Source: Pseudovirgaria hyperparasitica
Lineage: Eukaryota
Direction: 5' to 3' (one strand)
Assembly: GCA_010093815.1 (NCBI GenBank)
Contig: ML996575.1
DNA length: 64,000 nt
Within the stretch, counting starts at the first letter, position 1. Each line of letters begins with the position of its first letter. Position numbers and translations under genes: made by a program. Shown here in pieces: positions 48,647 to 61,730 of this stretch. The notes below the pieces were generated by a model, which saw only the letters and a program-made list of their open reading frames with translations, made no database searches and was not told the origin of the DNA.

Positions 48647-51600
48647 ATGGAGAGCCAGGTAATCAAGACAGTCTTTGTTGGCTAAGCAGGAAGAGACACA
48701 TATTGACCCTGGAACAGATCGATGATGCAATCACGATTGCATTCGACCCTCGCTCAAATCATGAACTGCAACTCCAGGCCATAGCATACATCAACGAAAT
48801 CCGCACCAACCCTTCTCCTGCATGGCAAGCATGCCTAACTCTATTCGCACGTACACCTCCACCCGAAGACGTCGTTCGCCATGTCTCCTTGGAAGTTGTC
48901 AATAATGCCATCGAAAAGCAGATACTCAACAAAGACAACCTAAATATGATCAAGAGCACGCTGATGGAATATCTGAGGCGAAAACTCGTACCCCAGACCG
49001 GACCAGCGACCCCAGATCCGCCTCCAATGCAGAACAAGATCACACAGACTTTCACATACCTGTTCTTGTCTCTATACGCCTCCGACTGGGAATCGTTCTT
49101 TGATGATTTTCGAGATTTGGCCGGGGACCAGTCCACAGCTGCAACAGTCAACCAGCCCGGAGTCATACTTTACTTGAGAGTGCTAGGGTCAGTCCATGAC
49201 GAAATCGCGGATCCGCTTGTCGCAAGGACGGCTGACGAGCTAAAACGAAACACTGAGCTCAAAGACCTCATTCGACAGCGCGACATGCAGAAAATTGCAC
49301 AGTCATGGCAGAGCATTCTTGGGAGATGGACCGAAGCAGATCTATCCGCTGTAGAAATATGTCTGAAAGTTGTCAGCCGTTGGGTCAGCTGGATTGACAT
49401 CAATATGGTCGTCAATCAATCCATGCTAGCAAGCTTATTCTCAATCGCCGGTCAGCAGACTCATGACGAAGCGCAAAACAGATTACGAAATGCCGCCATC
49501 GACACCTTTGCGGAAGTCGTCGGGAAGAAGATGAAACCCGCGGACAAGTTGGAACTTATCGCCTTCTTGAATCTCAGTGAAGTCGTTGGCCAACTGATAG
49601 CTAGCCCAGCACTTTCAGAATTGAAAAATACCCCACAATACGACACCGACCTTGCCGAGACGGTTGCGAAACTTGTAAACACAACTATGACAGACCTCGT
49701 CAAAATCCTGGATACCGACTCCATTGATGCAGAGACACGGCAGCGTACCGATCAACTTACAGGATCATTCGTGTCGTACTTACTACGGTTCTTTTCCGAT
49801 GAATATGATGAAATCTGTTCCAACGTTATTCCTTCGCTCACTGAAATCTTGACCTACTTCCGTAAACTGACCAAGATGCAAGGCAGGTTACCGGCGCACT
49901 ATTCACCAATGGTACAGCCTGCTTTGGATGCGATCGTGATGAAGATGAAGTACGACGAAACTGCATCGTGGGGCGAGGAAGATGAACAGACTGACGAGGC
50001 TGAATTTCAGGAATTAAGAAAGCGACTGTTTGTTCTTCAACAGACCGTTGCTGCTGTAGACGAGGATCTTTATGTCAGCACACTGTCTCAGGTTGTCGGG
50101 AACACATTTGCAAGACTCCAATCGAATGATGGTAGCTTGTCATGGCGAGATCTCGACTTGGCCCTGCATGAGATGTATTTGTTCGGTGAGCTGGCGGTCA
50201 AGAATGTTGGTATATATGCGAAAAAGGAACCATCTTCAGCAGCCGCAAGTAGACTGATCGACATGATGCTGAACATGGTACAGTCGGGTAAGTTCTCAGT
50301 CATCTTCGTTTGCATGTTACTCACAGCGGATTTTAGAAATCGCCTCTTACCCTCATCCGGCTATTCAGTTACAGTATATGGAGATCTGTGTCCGATATTT
50401 TCAATTTTTCGAACACAATACGCAGTACATCCCCAAGGCACTCGAAAACTTTGTCCGCCTCCTACATAGCAATCACGTCCGTGTGAAAGGTCGATCTTGG
50501 TATCTCTTCGTTCGATTTGTACGGCCACTTCGCCTCCACGTGGCACCATACGCGCAAATGATTGTCCAGGCTATTGGCGATCTTCTCACTATTCGTGCCG
50601 AGTTACCAGAAGAGTCCAGCGAGGATATGTCGTCCGATGAAGAAGACCAATCTGCAGACGCTCTTTTCAACAGTCAGCTTTACCTTTTCGAAGCAATAGG
50701 ATGTATAGCATCCAGTAACAATGTCTCGTTGGATGACAAAGTCTTGTTTGCGGAATCAGTTATTAATCCGCTTCTGTCCGACATGGCGCAGAGCCTCACA
50801 GCAGCCAAAAATGCTGAAGAACGGGCGGTCCTGCAGGTGCATCACAATACCATGGCACTGGGGACTCTAGCTCGCGGCTTCGCGGACTGGACAGGTACGA
50901 ATGGACCACCACCAGACAGCGGCGTGACGACTCAGTTCGCACGGGCTTCTGAGGCTATTCTTGTAGCACTGGAGTCTCTCAATGCATCAGAGAATATCCG
51001 AGCCGCCTCTCGATTCTGCTTCTCTCGTCTGATTGGTGTACTCGGTCGACGTCTCCTAGAGCAATTACCCAGATGGATCAACGGCCTTCTATCGCAGAAT
51101 TCGACGCGGGACGAGATGGCTCTGTTCCTACGTGTGCTAGATCAGATCGTCTTCGCATTTAAAGGCGAGATATCGGTTATACTCGATAATCTCCTGACTC
51201 CCTTACTACAACGCGTATTTGCGGCTCTCTCCGAACCAGCAACTGGCACAGATGATCAGATCCAATTAGGTGAACTTCGTCACGAGTATCTGAGCTTCAT
51301 CTTAGTCATTTTGAATCACGGACTAGAAGCCGTCTTGGTCAGTGCTGGTAAGTCAAATCCTCCCGTCAAATATCAAAATTTATGCATCTGGCTGACTGTA
51401 GGATAGCAAACCAACCGACATTCGAGTCAATCATATCAACGTCTGAGGTCTTCGCCCGAGACAGCAATGATTACTCTAACGCTCGACACTCGATCCACGT
51501 TCTAGTTAAAATGCTTTCTGTTTGGGGAGGTCCTGACGTCCCCAACCAAGCCACGCAGTCAGCACCAACTCTCGCCGGATTTGACACGTTCGCATTGACA

Positions 51601-51876
51601 CGATTTTCTCCATTATGTTGGTCTGTTCCATCTGCGCCTGGATTTAGCATAAAGGATGCACAGGCTCGGCAGGTTCTCTACGAAATCGCTAGCTTACAGA
51701 GCGAGCTACTGAGGAAGTGCGGCGCAACGTATCTAGAAAGACTAAAGGAAGAACTTCGCGGTTTCGGGGTCAGTGAACAAGGTGTTCAAGAATACCTCAC
51801 CCATCTCACGCAAGGTGGAGAGAAGAATTTCAAACATTTCTTCGTGAAGTTCTTACTCTCGAATACCGGGGGCTAA
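48647..51876 (+). CDS. LOS1: Exportin-T (tRNA nuclear export receptor); exons 48647-48658, 48718-50287, 50337-51347, 51407-51876
   Basis: MESQ|IDDAITIAFDP, QNKITQTFTYLF, VHDEIAD, LKDLIR, RWVSWIDI, FFSDEYDE, EAEFQELRKRL, HPAIQLQYMEICVRY, SQLYLFEAIG. Three GT-AG introns in consistent phase. Confidence 0.92.
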
Positions 51877-53326
51877 ATGAGACTCATGCATTCGAACACG
51901 AAATAAAGAGGAAGACACGGAACGGTATATTAGCATATCAGCATTGCGACACGGCATCGGCTACAATGACATGGGGAGACAGCGGGGAAAAGGTGATTCT
52001 TTGCATAGCGTGGGTGTGCATAATATTGAACCATGTGATACCTCCTCCCTCATCGTGGGTACACGCGATAAGAAGGTTATTCCCTCGAGTAAGAATAGAT
52101 AGAATATCATCTGTACCCAGAGCCCTAGATGCCTTGAGTTGAGGTTTGATTCCTAACACCGCCGAAAAGATGGACCTCGGAGCTGACAGGTGAATTGGGC
52201 CATTTCAAAACCTGGTGCGATGAGTATCTCGGACTGCTGGCGCCATACTGGATGCTCGAGCCTCCATCAGAGCGAAGCAATAAGGTGGCGATGCCTATGA
52301 TGGACGAACGAAGTCGAGGCAATGGTATTTCTCAAGGTTCTTCCACTAATTGCAACCAAGTTTCAACTTTCGATCAAGTTTAACGTCAAAAGCGAAAAGG
52401 AATTTGACGCTACTTCCTTTTCTCTCATGAACACGAATAATGGAGTGCGTAAGGCCATTCCTCTACTTCTCTCTCCTCCCACACATTTGACTTTGTCAAT
52501 TCTCACAGACAGCGCACGAGGTTCCATATGGTTCCCGTTAATCGTTATCTTAAAGTCAAGTGACAAGATTCATTGAAGTTCCTCGCAACATGGATGGCAT
52601 GTAGCTTATTGGGGGAAGCATTCGCGAGTGACAGATCGTACAAATGAATGTATGCAAGATTATGGAGAAAAGCGGCGACATTGTTCTGTCATTCGATTGG
52701 CCGTATAATCTCTTGACACGAGGCTTCTGAAGTTCTATGCGATCCCCCTATCAACGAATTTCCAGTGATTCGATTGATTCGTTTCAACGAGCCCTCGAAC
52801 CTCCTCAGCTGCTCGTGGCGTGGCAGTATTGGATTGATGGGAGTATGTAGCCCTTGTATGAGACCTTTCGTTGTATTAGGCTTAAACATATACTTAGCGA
52901 GCTCATGTCATGACACTGTACATCGACATCTGCTGCTAGGTACAAATTCTCTATATATAGCCTCTTCGTTTCGGCTTCGGCTACGCTAGGTGCATGATAC
53001 TCGAGACTGACACGTGCTCTGACGATTGATAGTTGCGTCTTTCCTTACCGCTCAATCTACCTTTTAAGAACGTTTATTTGCTAGAGGTATAGCAGAATTG
53101 TTTCTGGGTCACGTGGAATCCTGGTGCCAGCCGGTCAGCGACGCCTGGCGAATGATATTCTGCGACACCTCGTACCTATCTCCGCTCCACAGGCCGCATG
53201 CCCACTGCTCTGCCTGCAATATCGTGGTCCTGAACATCTTCATGAACATTCTAAGCCTGTCGCATTCATGTCAACTCTGTCAAGGCCCTCAAGAAAGAGC
53301 GGCCTAGCACTGTCCTTGCAATCACC

Positions 53327-55483
53327 ATGTTGAAGGCAGCTCAGCCACTACTCGGACCTGCGCCTCAGTCGACGGAACCAAGCTGCCACTTCTTGCCAGA
53401 AGACTATGAGCCAGAAGCTTATGATAACGAATGCAATTTCAAGAAACTACATCCCACATTCCGCAGGCGATATTCCGAGCCGAAAAAGTGTCGCAACAAG
53501 GCATCTTTAACACGCCCAGACCGACTGCCCTTATGCAAGCTTCATCAAGCTCTAGGAAAGGATACATATATAGCTGCACGATGTGAAGTCGAGTTCGCGA
53601 TTTCCAGCGAGCGTCGGCGATGTGACCGCCTTTTTCGATGGTTTCCTCCCCATAAGAAAGCGTGTCGACTGCATTGGGACGATGTTTCCGCGCCAGCTTA
53701 TCTTTTGAAGCTCCCAGCAGAGTTACGCTTTCACATATTTCGATATCTTTTCTCTGGAACGCCGATAGGCTCAGACATGTCAGAGTCGCAGAATGAGCAG
53801 AGCAGTATGAGCCAAAATGACATTCGGCAGTACATCTTATTATGTGGGGTCAGTCGACAGACCTCCCATGATGCCCGAGCGGTCTTTTGTTCTCTACCAT
53901 TCACCATTGATATTCGACGTGAGGGTATTCTCATGTGCGGTAGATGGTTTTGCAAAGCCAGAGATGACGCTGGTAATGAGGTAAATCTTTACGGGAATCG
54001 GCAATACCCTTCTAGAATGGACACGTATCTCCCCTATACAACTGGTGATCTCGACGCCCGAAGTAAGACTTATGATCAGATCTTCATCAAATACTTCCCT
54101 TTCTTACACGTTCGGAACTATCATGTTGATATACTATTCGAAGAATCACCTCTTGTGGGTTGGGATCGCGAGGTGGAAATTTATGATATTCGCGATCTTG
54201 TTGGCTTCGCCACAAAAAACATCTTGAAGAAAAGCGAGCACTTGAACTCGGTCAATACCAGGGTTGCATTCAAGGATCGAGAGGGAATTCTGAATCATGG
54301 GCATGCTATGATTGAGACGACAAAAACTCTCACTGAGCCCCTGATGCGTCTACACAGAGTGAAGGCACCTTTTCTAGGTGACATAATGTCAGGTGAGCAC
54401 TGCAGTATCACCGCTCGTCAGCACAGTCTTTGCCGAGATGCGACGAAAGGGACCTTTGACATGGGAGGCGTCCTGATCTACGCCCACGAAAACCCTTCTT
54501 TGGCAGAATATAAGCGGAAATGGGAAGACACAACACGTAACAACCTGGAAAGTCCCCCGGACGAGTCACCAATACGTCACGCATTCTCGCAGTTCAAGAA
54601 GCTGTACGGTGCCCTCGTCGTAGATACCCCAGGTCTTCGTCTGGGAGGCAAAGAGTCCGTCCTCCATCGCCTGAGGGTTGCAAGGGAGCACAGCGACTAT
54701 ACCACATTCTCAGAAATTCTGAGCCCAGTTATTCCCACATATATACAAGCCAAGGAACAACTGAAAGATCGCCACCTCAGCATCGCACGAATGCATCGAG
54801 AGGCCGAGACCAAGTCCAGAGCAAAAGATAAGCAAAACGATAAGCTCGTCTCTCGTCTGGAGAGATTCATGGTTCAGTGTCAAAGCACTGCGGCGGTCTC
54901 GCCCGGGCTGAATTTCAATCAATCATCAGCGCCTGTTGTGGACATCCCGGACGTAGACTTTGACGAGGCAGCTAAAAAGATGACTGTCCAAGAGCGTCTA
55001 GAATGTCTCCGATCGCTTCCTCCCATGCAACAGGACATGATGCGTGCGGACCGCGCGAGAGCGGACGAAAGTATCAAACTTCTCCAAGCCGAGGTGGCGA
55101 GTATTAGGGCTGAGCTCGAGCACAAGTATATCGTTCGCGGACTCCAGATGCAACACTCGGCGTACGAGTTGAGCACATCAGCCCGAGATCAAGACGTCCG
55201 GAATAGGCAGTTCCTTCCAACTCCTCCGTCTTCGTCCAAGTCTCATATTGGCCATGTGGAGGGTACGGCTTCCCAACCAATGTCCCTAACAAGCAGCTCT
55301 CAATCTCATTCCTCTGATGCATGCGCCGCTCGTCCCTCAGATTGCCCTCGTCGTCTCGCAGTGAATCCCCGTTCCGACTGTTTCGACGGTGATTGGCCTA
55401 CGGCGCAAGATGAGGCTCAGCCCTCTGTCTCGTACATTGGAAAAGGCAAGAGACGAGCGGACAGTATCATCGTCATTGACTAG
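53327..55483 (+). CDS. Hypothetical 718-aa protein with Cys/His-rich N-terminal motifs and an F-box-like motif
   Basis: Long intronless ORF, good Kozak (ATCACCATG), YLLKLPAELRFHIFRYLF F-box-like segment, C-terminal coiled-coil/disordered region. Confidence 0.7.
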   Translation: MLKAAQPLLGPAPQSTEPSCHFLPEDYEPEAYDNECNFKKLHPTFRRRYSEPKKCRNKASLTRPDRLPLCKLHQALGKDTYIAARCEVEFAISSERRRCDRLFRWFPPHKKACRLHWDDVSAPAYLLKLPAELRFHIFRYLFSGTPIGSDMSESQNEQSSMSQNDIRQYILLCGVSRQTSHDARAVFCSLPFTIDIRREGILMCGRWFCKARDDAGNEVNLYGNRQYPSRMDTYLPYTTGDLDARSKTYDQIFIKYFPFLHVRNYHVDILFEESPLVGWDREVEIYDIRDLVGFATKNILKKSEHLNSVNTRVAFKDREGILNHGHAMIETTKTLTEPLMRLHRVKAPFLGDIMSGEHCSITARQHSLCRDATKGTFDMGGVLIYAHENPSLAEYKRKWEDTTRNNLESPPDESPIRHAFSQFKKLYGALVVDTPGLRLGGKESVLHRLRVAREHSDYTTFSEILSPVIPTYIQAKEQLKDRHLSIARMHREAETKSRAKDKQNDKLVSRLERFMVQCQSTAAVSPGLNFNQSSAPVVDIPDVDFDEAAKKMTVQERLECLRSLPPMQQDMMRADRARADESIKLLQAEVASIRAELEHKYIVRGLQMQHSAYELSTSARDQDVRNRQFLPTPPSSSKSHIGHVEGTASQPMSLTSSSQSHSSDACAARPSDCPRRLAVNPRSDCFDGDWPTAQDEAQPSVSYIGKGKRRADSIIVID

Positions 55484-56763
55484 CCGTTCAGAGTGGTGGA
55501 TGTTTCTTTGGCTATTCGTATACATCTGTTCCCCACGTGATGAGAATGCATTTCCTAGTTCGCTTGGCTAATCACTCATATATACATCCAAGAGCTTGAG
55601 CCATCCATCTTGCCAGGGCCCAGAACCCATCTGGACGTCCAGAGACGCTCTAATTATCCGTCCTAGGACATTCCCTTTCCGCACATTGAGCCACCCGTCC
55701 ACCATAGCGCAATAAATTCTGCCCCAAAAAAACCGTTCCCAAGACGCTCATTCACACCTCCTTTTCTCGTCCATCTTCTACACAGCATGTCAGCCGCACA
55801 CTGCTCACTCTGAGCTCCACCACTCTCCAACTAAGAAAGAAAGAAGAAAAACTTTACCTACCCTCACTCCTCAAACCACTTGCCAATCTCCTCAAGACTG
55901 CCCTCACGTGTACCCGTCTGCGCCCCACGCATGCGTTTACCAATCCTCAACGACCCGCGTAGCACAGCCTGTGTGTAAAATCATCAGTCAACATTGTCCC
56001 GACGTCCTCTTGTTTCCGGGCAGAACGCACCTGTGTGGTATATTTGACCACGCCTGGACCCCTACAGCCGTTTGATGGTGGTGCTTTGACGGTGAACGGG
56101 CCGGAGCGAGGAGCTAGGAGACTGGCGGTAGAGAGTCGCGGCTGGGTGTTGTGGATTGCGATGATGTGTGGGGGATAAGGAGATCCGGGCACAGCCGAGC
56201 ATAGAGCTTTGGCACGGAGCATGGCATAGGTCGAGCTGTTTATTTATCAACGACGACCAGGGACAGGATTCAGTTGTGATAGAGATGCAAGGTGGTGTAG
56301 GTGTACGGCTTTTTTTTTTTGGTGAAGAACATTAGACTTATAAGATTTTATTTCAAATCGATGTCTTGACAATGTTTGTGCGGTGTGCTGCCGTGTGTAA
56401 CATGGAGACGAACGTGACACAAGGTCATGTTTGATTGTTGTTGATATGCCGGTTCACTCTCACGGCTCGAGATTAACACAGTGACGGTTCCAGTACGCTT
56501 AATCATAGCTATGTAGCTAAGAGTATGCACGCCTGAATCTTGACGTCGTCTAGAGACGCAGGAAAGTAGACGACAGGCTATGGCTATGTCTCCACATCGA
56601 AACGTGTGGAAGACAACTGCGTAGCATGTCCGACGAGACTGTTCCAATATAATGAATGCATGGACCATTCAATTCCGCCACAAACGCCTCTTCCTTCCAC
56701 GGAGTCTAGCTTCAGGGAAAATCTTCATAATAGCCAAGAATCATGAACCCCACGTAGAATACC

Positions 56764-58692
56764 TTATTTTGAAGTTTTCGACTTCTTCTTCGGCCTCTCC
56801 GCCAACTCTGTGTCGTCGTCACCACCATCATCGTCATCCGCATCGCCATCGCCATCTTCCATATCCGCGTCGCTATCGCCATCGCTACTTTCGTGCGCGG
56901 AGTCGTACTCTTCTGCGACGTCGCTCTCTGAGTCACCTTGAAAGTCCTCATCGGCTTCCTCCGAATCCTCGTCCGCGCTTCCTCTGGCCGCACCTGCTTC
57001 ATCGTCAGAACTATCAAGGTCACCTGCTTGAATTGCTGCTGCCAGCAACGCGCCTGAATCATCTGTCATCTCATTCTTAGTCTTTAGATTCTTGGCGCGG
57101 AAGAAACTCTCGAGGGCGTTTTGTTCTTCGCGGTTGATGTTGCTGAATTGGTGTTCCTGTGCACCGTTCTTCATCGTTATGAGCAAGTCGAAGGTGCGAG
57201 AGGCGGATACGGCGCCACCGACACGGGACATTGTGATCGTCTGAATGTTATCGAAGGCGATATAGGTAGCGGGTTTAGGAACGAACATGAATGATCGGTC
57301 GAGGCAGAAGATGAATCCCTCGTTGGCTTTAATGGAGCATTTGACACCAGATTGGCTGTGATAAGATGTGAACTCGCGGCTGGGCTGTACAATCTTTTTG
57401 CCGGTAAGTCCTCGGAAGATGTTTCCCATAACATTATAGATAGGTTGCCCGTTGTATTCCAATTGTAATTTACCGTTGTACTTCTCCTTTATGGTATCCT
57501 CGGTCATATTAAGTGTATAGTCGTCTGCCTCATCACGCTTGAATTGCATGACAAGGAAGGGGTATCGCGTTTGACCTTGGCGGAGAGGAGGGTCGATGCC
57601 AATAGTGATAAGATGGTGAACGTCGTCGGGTTTTGGTAGAATCATGAATTTCTTGATCTGTTCGTATTGCACTTTATAATCATACGTCTTACCACGGAGA
57701 CGGAAGAAACTTTCGTAAAGATCCACTTCGAAACGACCTCTAGTGACGATAAGATTAGTAAATGATAAGCGAATCTTCATAAGCTCGACGAACCTGGGGG
57801 TGAGGTGCAGGATGTCATCAAATTTAATGATACTGTCACCAGCAACTTCGCCAATGTCGGCCTTGGCCATTAGCTCATCGTAGAATCGCTCAGCGGCATT
57901 TCGATCCTCTTCAGCGTCTCCTTCATCCTCACTTCCCTCGTCATCGCTGCCTTTTTTAACCTTGGTAGTCGTGGTTCCGGGGATATAGAAGCGCATCTCT
58001 ACTAGCTGATCGCGTGCACCACCAGCCTTCTTTCCATGACCTCTTGCTCCTCCTAGATGCCCGTTGGTTCCCGTCTCATCACCATCGCCTGGGAGCGAGA
58101 ATTCCACTGCAAGCTCATTCTTGCCAGCAAGGTTCGCATTCGATATTTCGGCATAGGGCAATTCAAAGGCGGGCCTGCTTTGGACGTTAAAGACGAGCTC
58201 TGCTTTTGCAAAGTCGGCTTTGCCCCAATTCCATCCACGTATAGCATGCTCTTTGTTCTCTAGATTAAGTGTATACCAGGATTTGAAAGTTTTGCTTAAG
58301 CGATCAAAATCCTGTTCAGGAATTAGTATGAAAACATACCGAACTTCTTACCCGGCTTACTCACATCTGCCTGGAAGCCGTCTAGTTGGTAGACTTGACC
58401 CTCTCTAGTCAAGACCTTGACTTCATATCCTCGTGACGCTCTGCTCCAGATCGCTTGATTGAGTTGTGACTTATCAAGAGTGAAGGTGTCGCCGCCGCCT
58501 TGAGGCTTCCATCCAAGACCGGTCTCCGCAAATCGACATTTGCCGGACTGCTTCGATAAGTCGAGATATATTCCTTCAAAGTTCTCACTGCGTCCCGTTA
58601 GCGCTAGTTTCCCTAACGATCTTGACATCGTTTAATGATGTTCGTAAGGAGTAGGAAGGGTAGCATTAAGAAGATGAAGCATACAGAGCCAT
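56764..58692 (-). CDS. POB3: FACT complex subunit Pob3/SSRP1; exons 58692-58685, 58587-58365, 58311-57794, 57739-56764
   Basis: IYLDLSKQSGKCRFAETGLGWKP, RGWNWG, LVEMRFYIP, LTPR|GRF, RLRGKTYDYK, DPPLRQGQTRYP, SRTFDL, FSNINREEQ, acidic tail. Confidence 0.96.
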
Positions 58693-58983
58693 GGCGGGAG
58701 ATCCGCGAAGTTTGAGAGTTCAGGAAGGTGCGAACACCTCCACTACAGGAGAGGAATGAGGTACAGACGATACAGGTGTAGGTACGAGTGAAAGGTACAG
58801 GTCGGCGATTGAATCGAATATTGAGTAAGTACGTATGAAAGTTTTGGAGGTGGGTAATATCTGATTTCCCAATCGCGTCGCAACTGGAGAAGACGCGAAG
58901 AACGCGGAGCCGGTTTATCTTCGGTAGTTCTGGGGGACCTCTCTATACCTGAAGAAAGAAGTGGCGTCAAGTCCGGAGAGGGC

Positions 58984-59045
58984 CCCGGGCTTCACACGCA
59001 CCTTTTCTTTCTATCCCGGGCTTCACGCGCACTTCTTCTTTCTAT
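58984..59045. repeat. 31-bp tandem duplication upstream of POB3
   Basis: CCCGGGCTTCACACGCACCTTTTCTTTCTAT / CCCGGGCTTCACGCGCACTTCTTCTTTCTAT (28/31 identical). Confidence 0.85.
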
Positions 59046-59696
59046 ATCATGGGCTGAGGCCCAACATGACATCGTATCACCAACGTGCTCCTCTTCAAAG
59101 CTCTCAAGACGCGCATCACGTACTATCATTACACCTGATCTAGCAAAGTCGAGTGACTGCTCTTACGAGTTGTGGATCTAGGGGCTTCCACGGATTGTCG
59201 TCATCATTATCGCCGCCGATGCAAGATCATGTTACTCCAAGCTTGAGAATACGGTACGCGTCTCCTCCCGCAATGAGAGCCTCGGTCGCGAACACGCACC
59301 GGAAAAAACCTAGTTGATGGTGGTCTTCCAGCGCATATGCGCATGTTTAAATGTGTTATATCTAGCATCAAGCTATGTACACACCTCTCGTCCCTCGTTG
59401 TCCTCGTGGGCACGTTCATAAATGCCAAACCGCCGCTAATATGCCTACTATGCTTATGCCGCCAAATCCATACCGCTCATAACGCTCATCGAAAACATGA
59501 AAGGTATCAGATACGCCAATATGCATAGCCCGCTAGAACACAAAATATAAAGGTCCGAAGCACCACCAGTATGTGCTCAGATCATGCCGCGCCGTACAAA
59601 TGCAACCCTAAGGGAAATGCGTTGTTCTCGATAACGACACCAGAGCGGTTGTAGACGCTCAATACCGTCGATGAAGTCAAGATCGCTAATGACTCG

Positions 59697-61730
59697 TTAC
59701 CGAATTGTACCCCAGTCATCTACGGTGCCCATTCCAGTACCAGGCTTCTCCTTCTTCCGGAAAGCATTCCAGAACCGAAGAGTCTCGTCACCAGCACCGG
59801 TGACAATGACTTCGCCATTTGGGCTCATGGCAAGATACAGAACTCGATAAGTGTGCCCCGTGAGACTGGCAACCTGGGTCATTGAAGGATACTTCCATAC
59901 GATGATCTGATTCTGTGAGTAGCCGTGTGTGCTCACTATTTCGTTTGAGTTACGTGACCACGCCAGGTTGCAAACTTGAGAGCCGGTATCGAGGGATGAT
60001 ATAAGGTTTGCCGGTGCTGATGATGATGATGATGGCGGAATCGCCGAGTTCGAATGAGGGATAGTGACCGAAGACCTGACGTTGCTCGAAGAAGCCCCGT
60101 ATGATGATGTCAGGGTATCCCAGAATTTGATGGTCCGGTCCGCAGTACCACCGCCACTGGCGAGCAGTCCGCGTTGATGTGGACTCCAAGCTATTGCCTT
60201 GACAGCTGCACTGTGTTCACTCCATTTGTACGTTGGTTCGGCGTTGAGTTTCTCCCAGACCATCAGCTTGTTGTCGTTGCCTCCACTTGCGAGTTGTCCA
60301 TCATCGGAATTCCATTTGAGTCCACAGACTTCTTGCTTGTGGCCCACAAGCTTTCGCACCCATTGGTGAGGCTCTCTGACATCCCGATGATAGATGAGTC
60401 GATCACGTGAACCAGATGTCAGGATGTGTTCGTTCCATGCTAGTGCACCGACACGAGCGGTGTGACCCGTCATTGTGCGCAGGCGTCGTTGGCTGCCTGC
60501 ATCCCAAATTTGCACAAAACCTTTTCCCGTGCCAATAGCCAGGTGGGAACCCTGTAAAAAGTGTCAGTGATCGGCGAACTCATGCGGGACATCAGAGAAT
60601 GCAGACTCACCCGCTGGATCCAATTAACGCTAGTCACTGTATCATCTTGTAATTCGCATAGCTTTGTCACTCTACCTGAAGAGGAGTTCCACATGTAGAC
60701 ACATTGATTTAAACCCACGCCAAGAATATTTTGACTCCCCCAATCCACGAGATTGAGATAGAAATCATCTGCAAGGTCAGGTGCATCGAGAACCTTGTAA
60801 GGTACTTTGGCAACATGACGAGGGGCTTTCCTAGGACTCAACAGCATCATTTGACTGCTATGTTTGACAGGAGACAAGCTGTAAATTTCAGATCGAGCAT
60901 TCAGGTTCGGGTTACTTCTGCTTGATGGTGTCCGATTGGGCGTGGGATGGCCTGAATAGTTCGAGTGGTGTCTGGGTGAGACGTAGGAGAACAGATTCTT
61001 GTGCGGAGTAGAGGGAGTTAAGGTGGCGGCTGGAAGTGATGAGGACTGCGTGGGCGGTGTGTGAGATCTTGTCGGGTCGTGAAACGTGGTTCCGTGGTTT
61101 GAAGGGGACAGGCTTTGAGGGATTGTCTGCGGTACTGTCGATTCAAACATCTCTGACCGTAATAGAGTGGAGTAGGTACGATTGGCTTCCTCAGCTAGCG
61201 TCATTCTGTCAGCCCTGGTTGTTACTTTAGACTATGCAAATCTGACATACTTCTTTGGAAATGTAGCTCGTTGTGAGGCATGCGTTTCGCGGAGCGCGAT
61301 GGAGTTGCGGGGCTCCCATCTTCATGCAAGAGGCTGTAGCTGGCGTGGAGGTCTTGGCCTGAGCGGTTGGGAATGAATCTGCAGAAGTTAGATCAATCTA
61401 ACATGCAGCGCAAAGCTGTTCACGTCTTTTTTCTCACCTATCGCCTGCATATGTGCGCTGTCTCTTTCTGCTGGGACTAGCTTCAGGAGTCCGTTCCCGC
61501 TCCCTTCCCGTCTTTTTCATAACCTCCAAAGCTCTGCTCAGGGCACTGGGGTCAACAGGAATTGAGCTCCGATCATTCGCTCGAAGATCTGGTCCGTCGC
61601 TGTGACGTTTGTGGTGGGCTGTGGGAGGCGTCTTTGACTCGGGTGGACTCAATAGAGGGGGAGTCCGAATCTCTTTCGCATACGATTGAGAGGTCATGGC
61701 GATCGCGGGCTCGTCCCCGTTGACAGCCAT
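59697..61730 (-). CDS. CDH1: APC/C activator Cdh1/Srw1 (Fizzy-related WD40); exons 61730-61438, 61378-61251, 61194-60611, 60551-59697
   Basis: C-box D|RFIPNR across intron 1, KVPYKVLDAPDLADDFYLNLVDW, GHKQEVCGLKW, LASGGGTADR, GAGDETLRFW, C-terminal IR tail. Confidence 0.95.

Noticed and set aside
55780..56230. Small gene between the F-box-like ORF and POB3
   Set aside because: A CT-rich leader-like tract is present, but no consistent start, splice and ORF model could be built.
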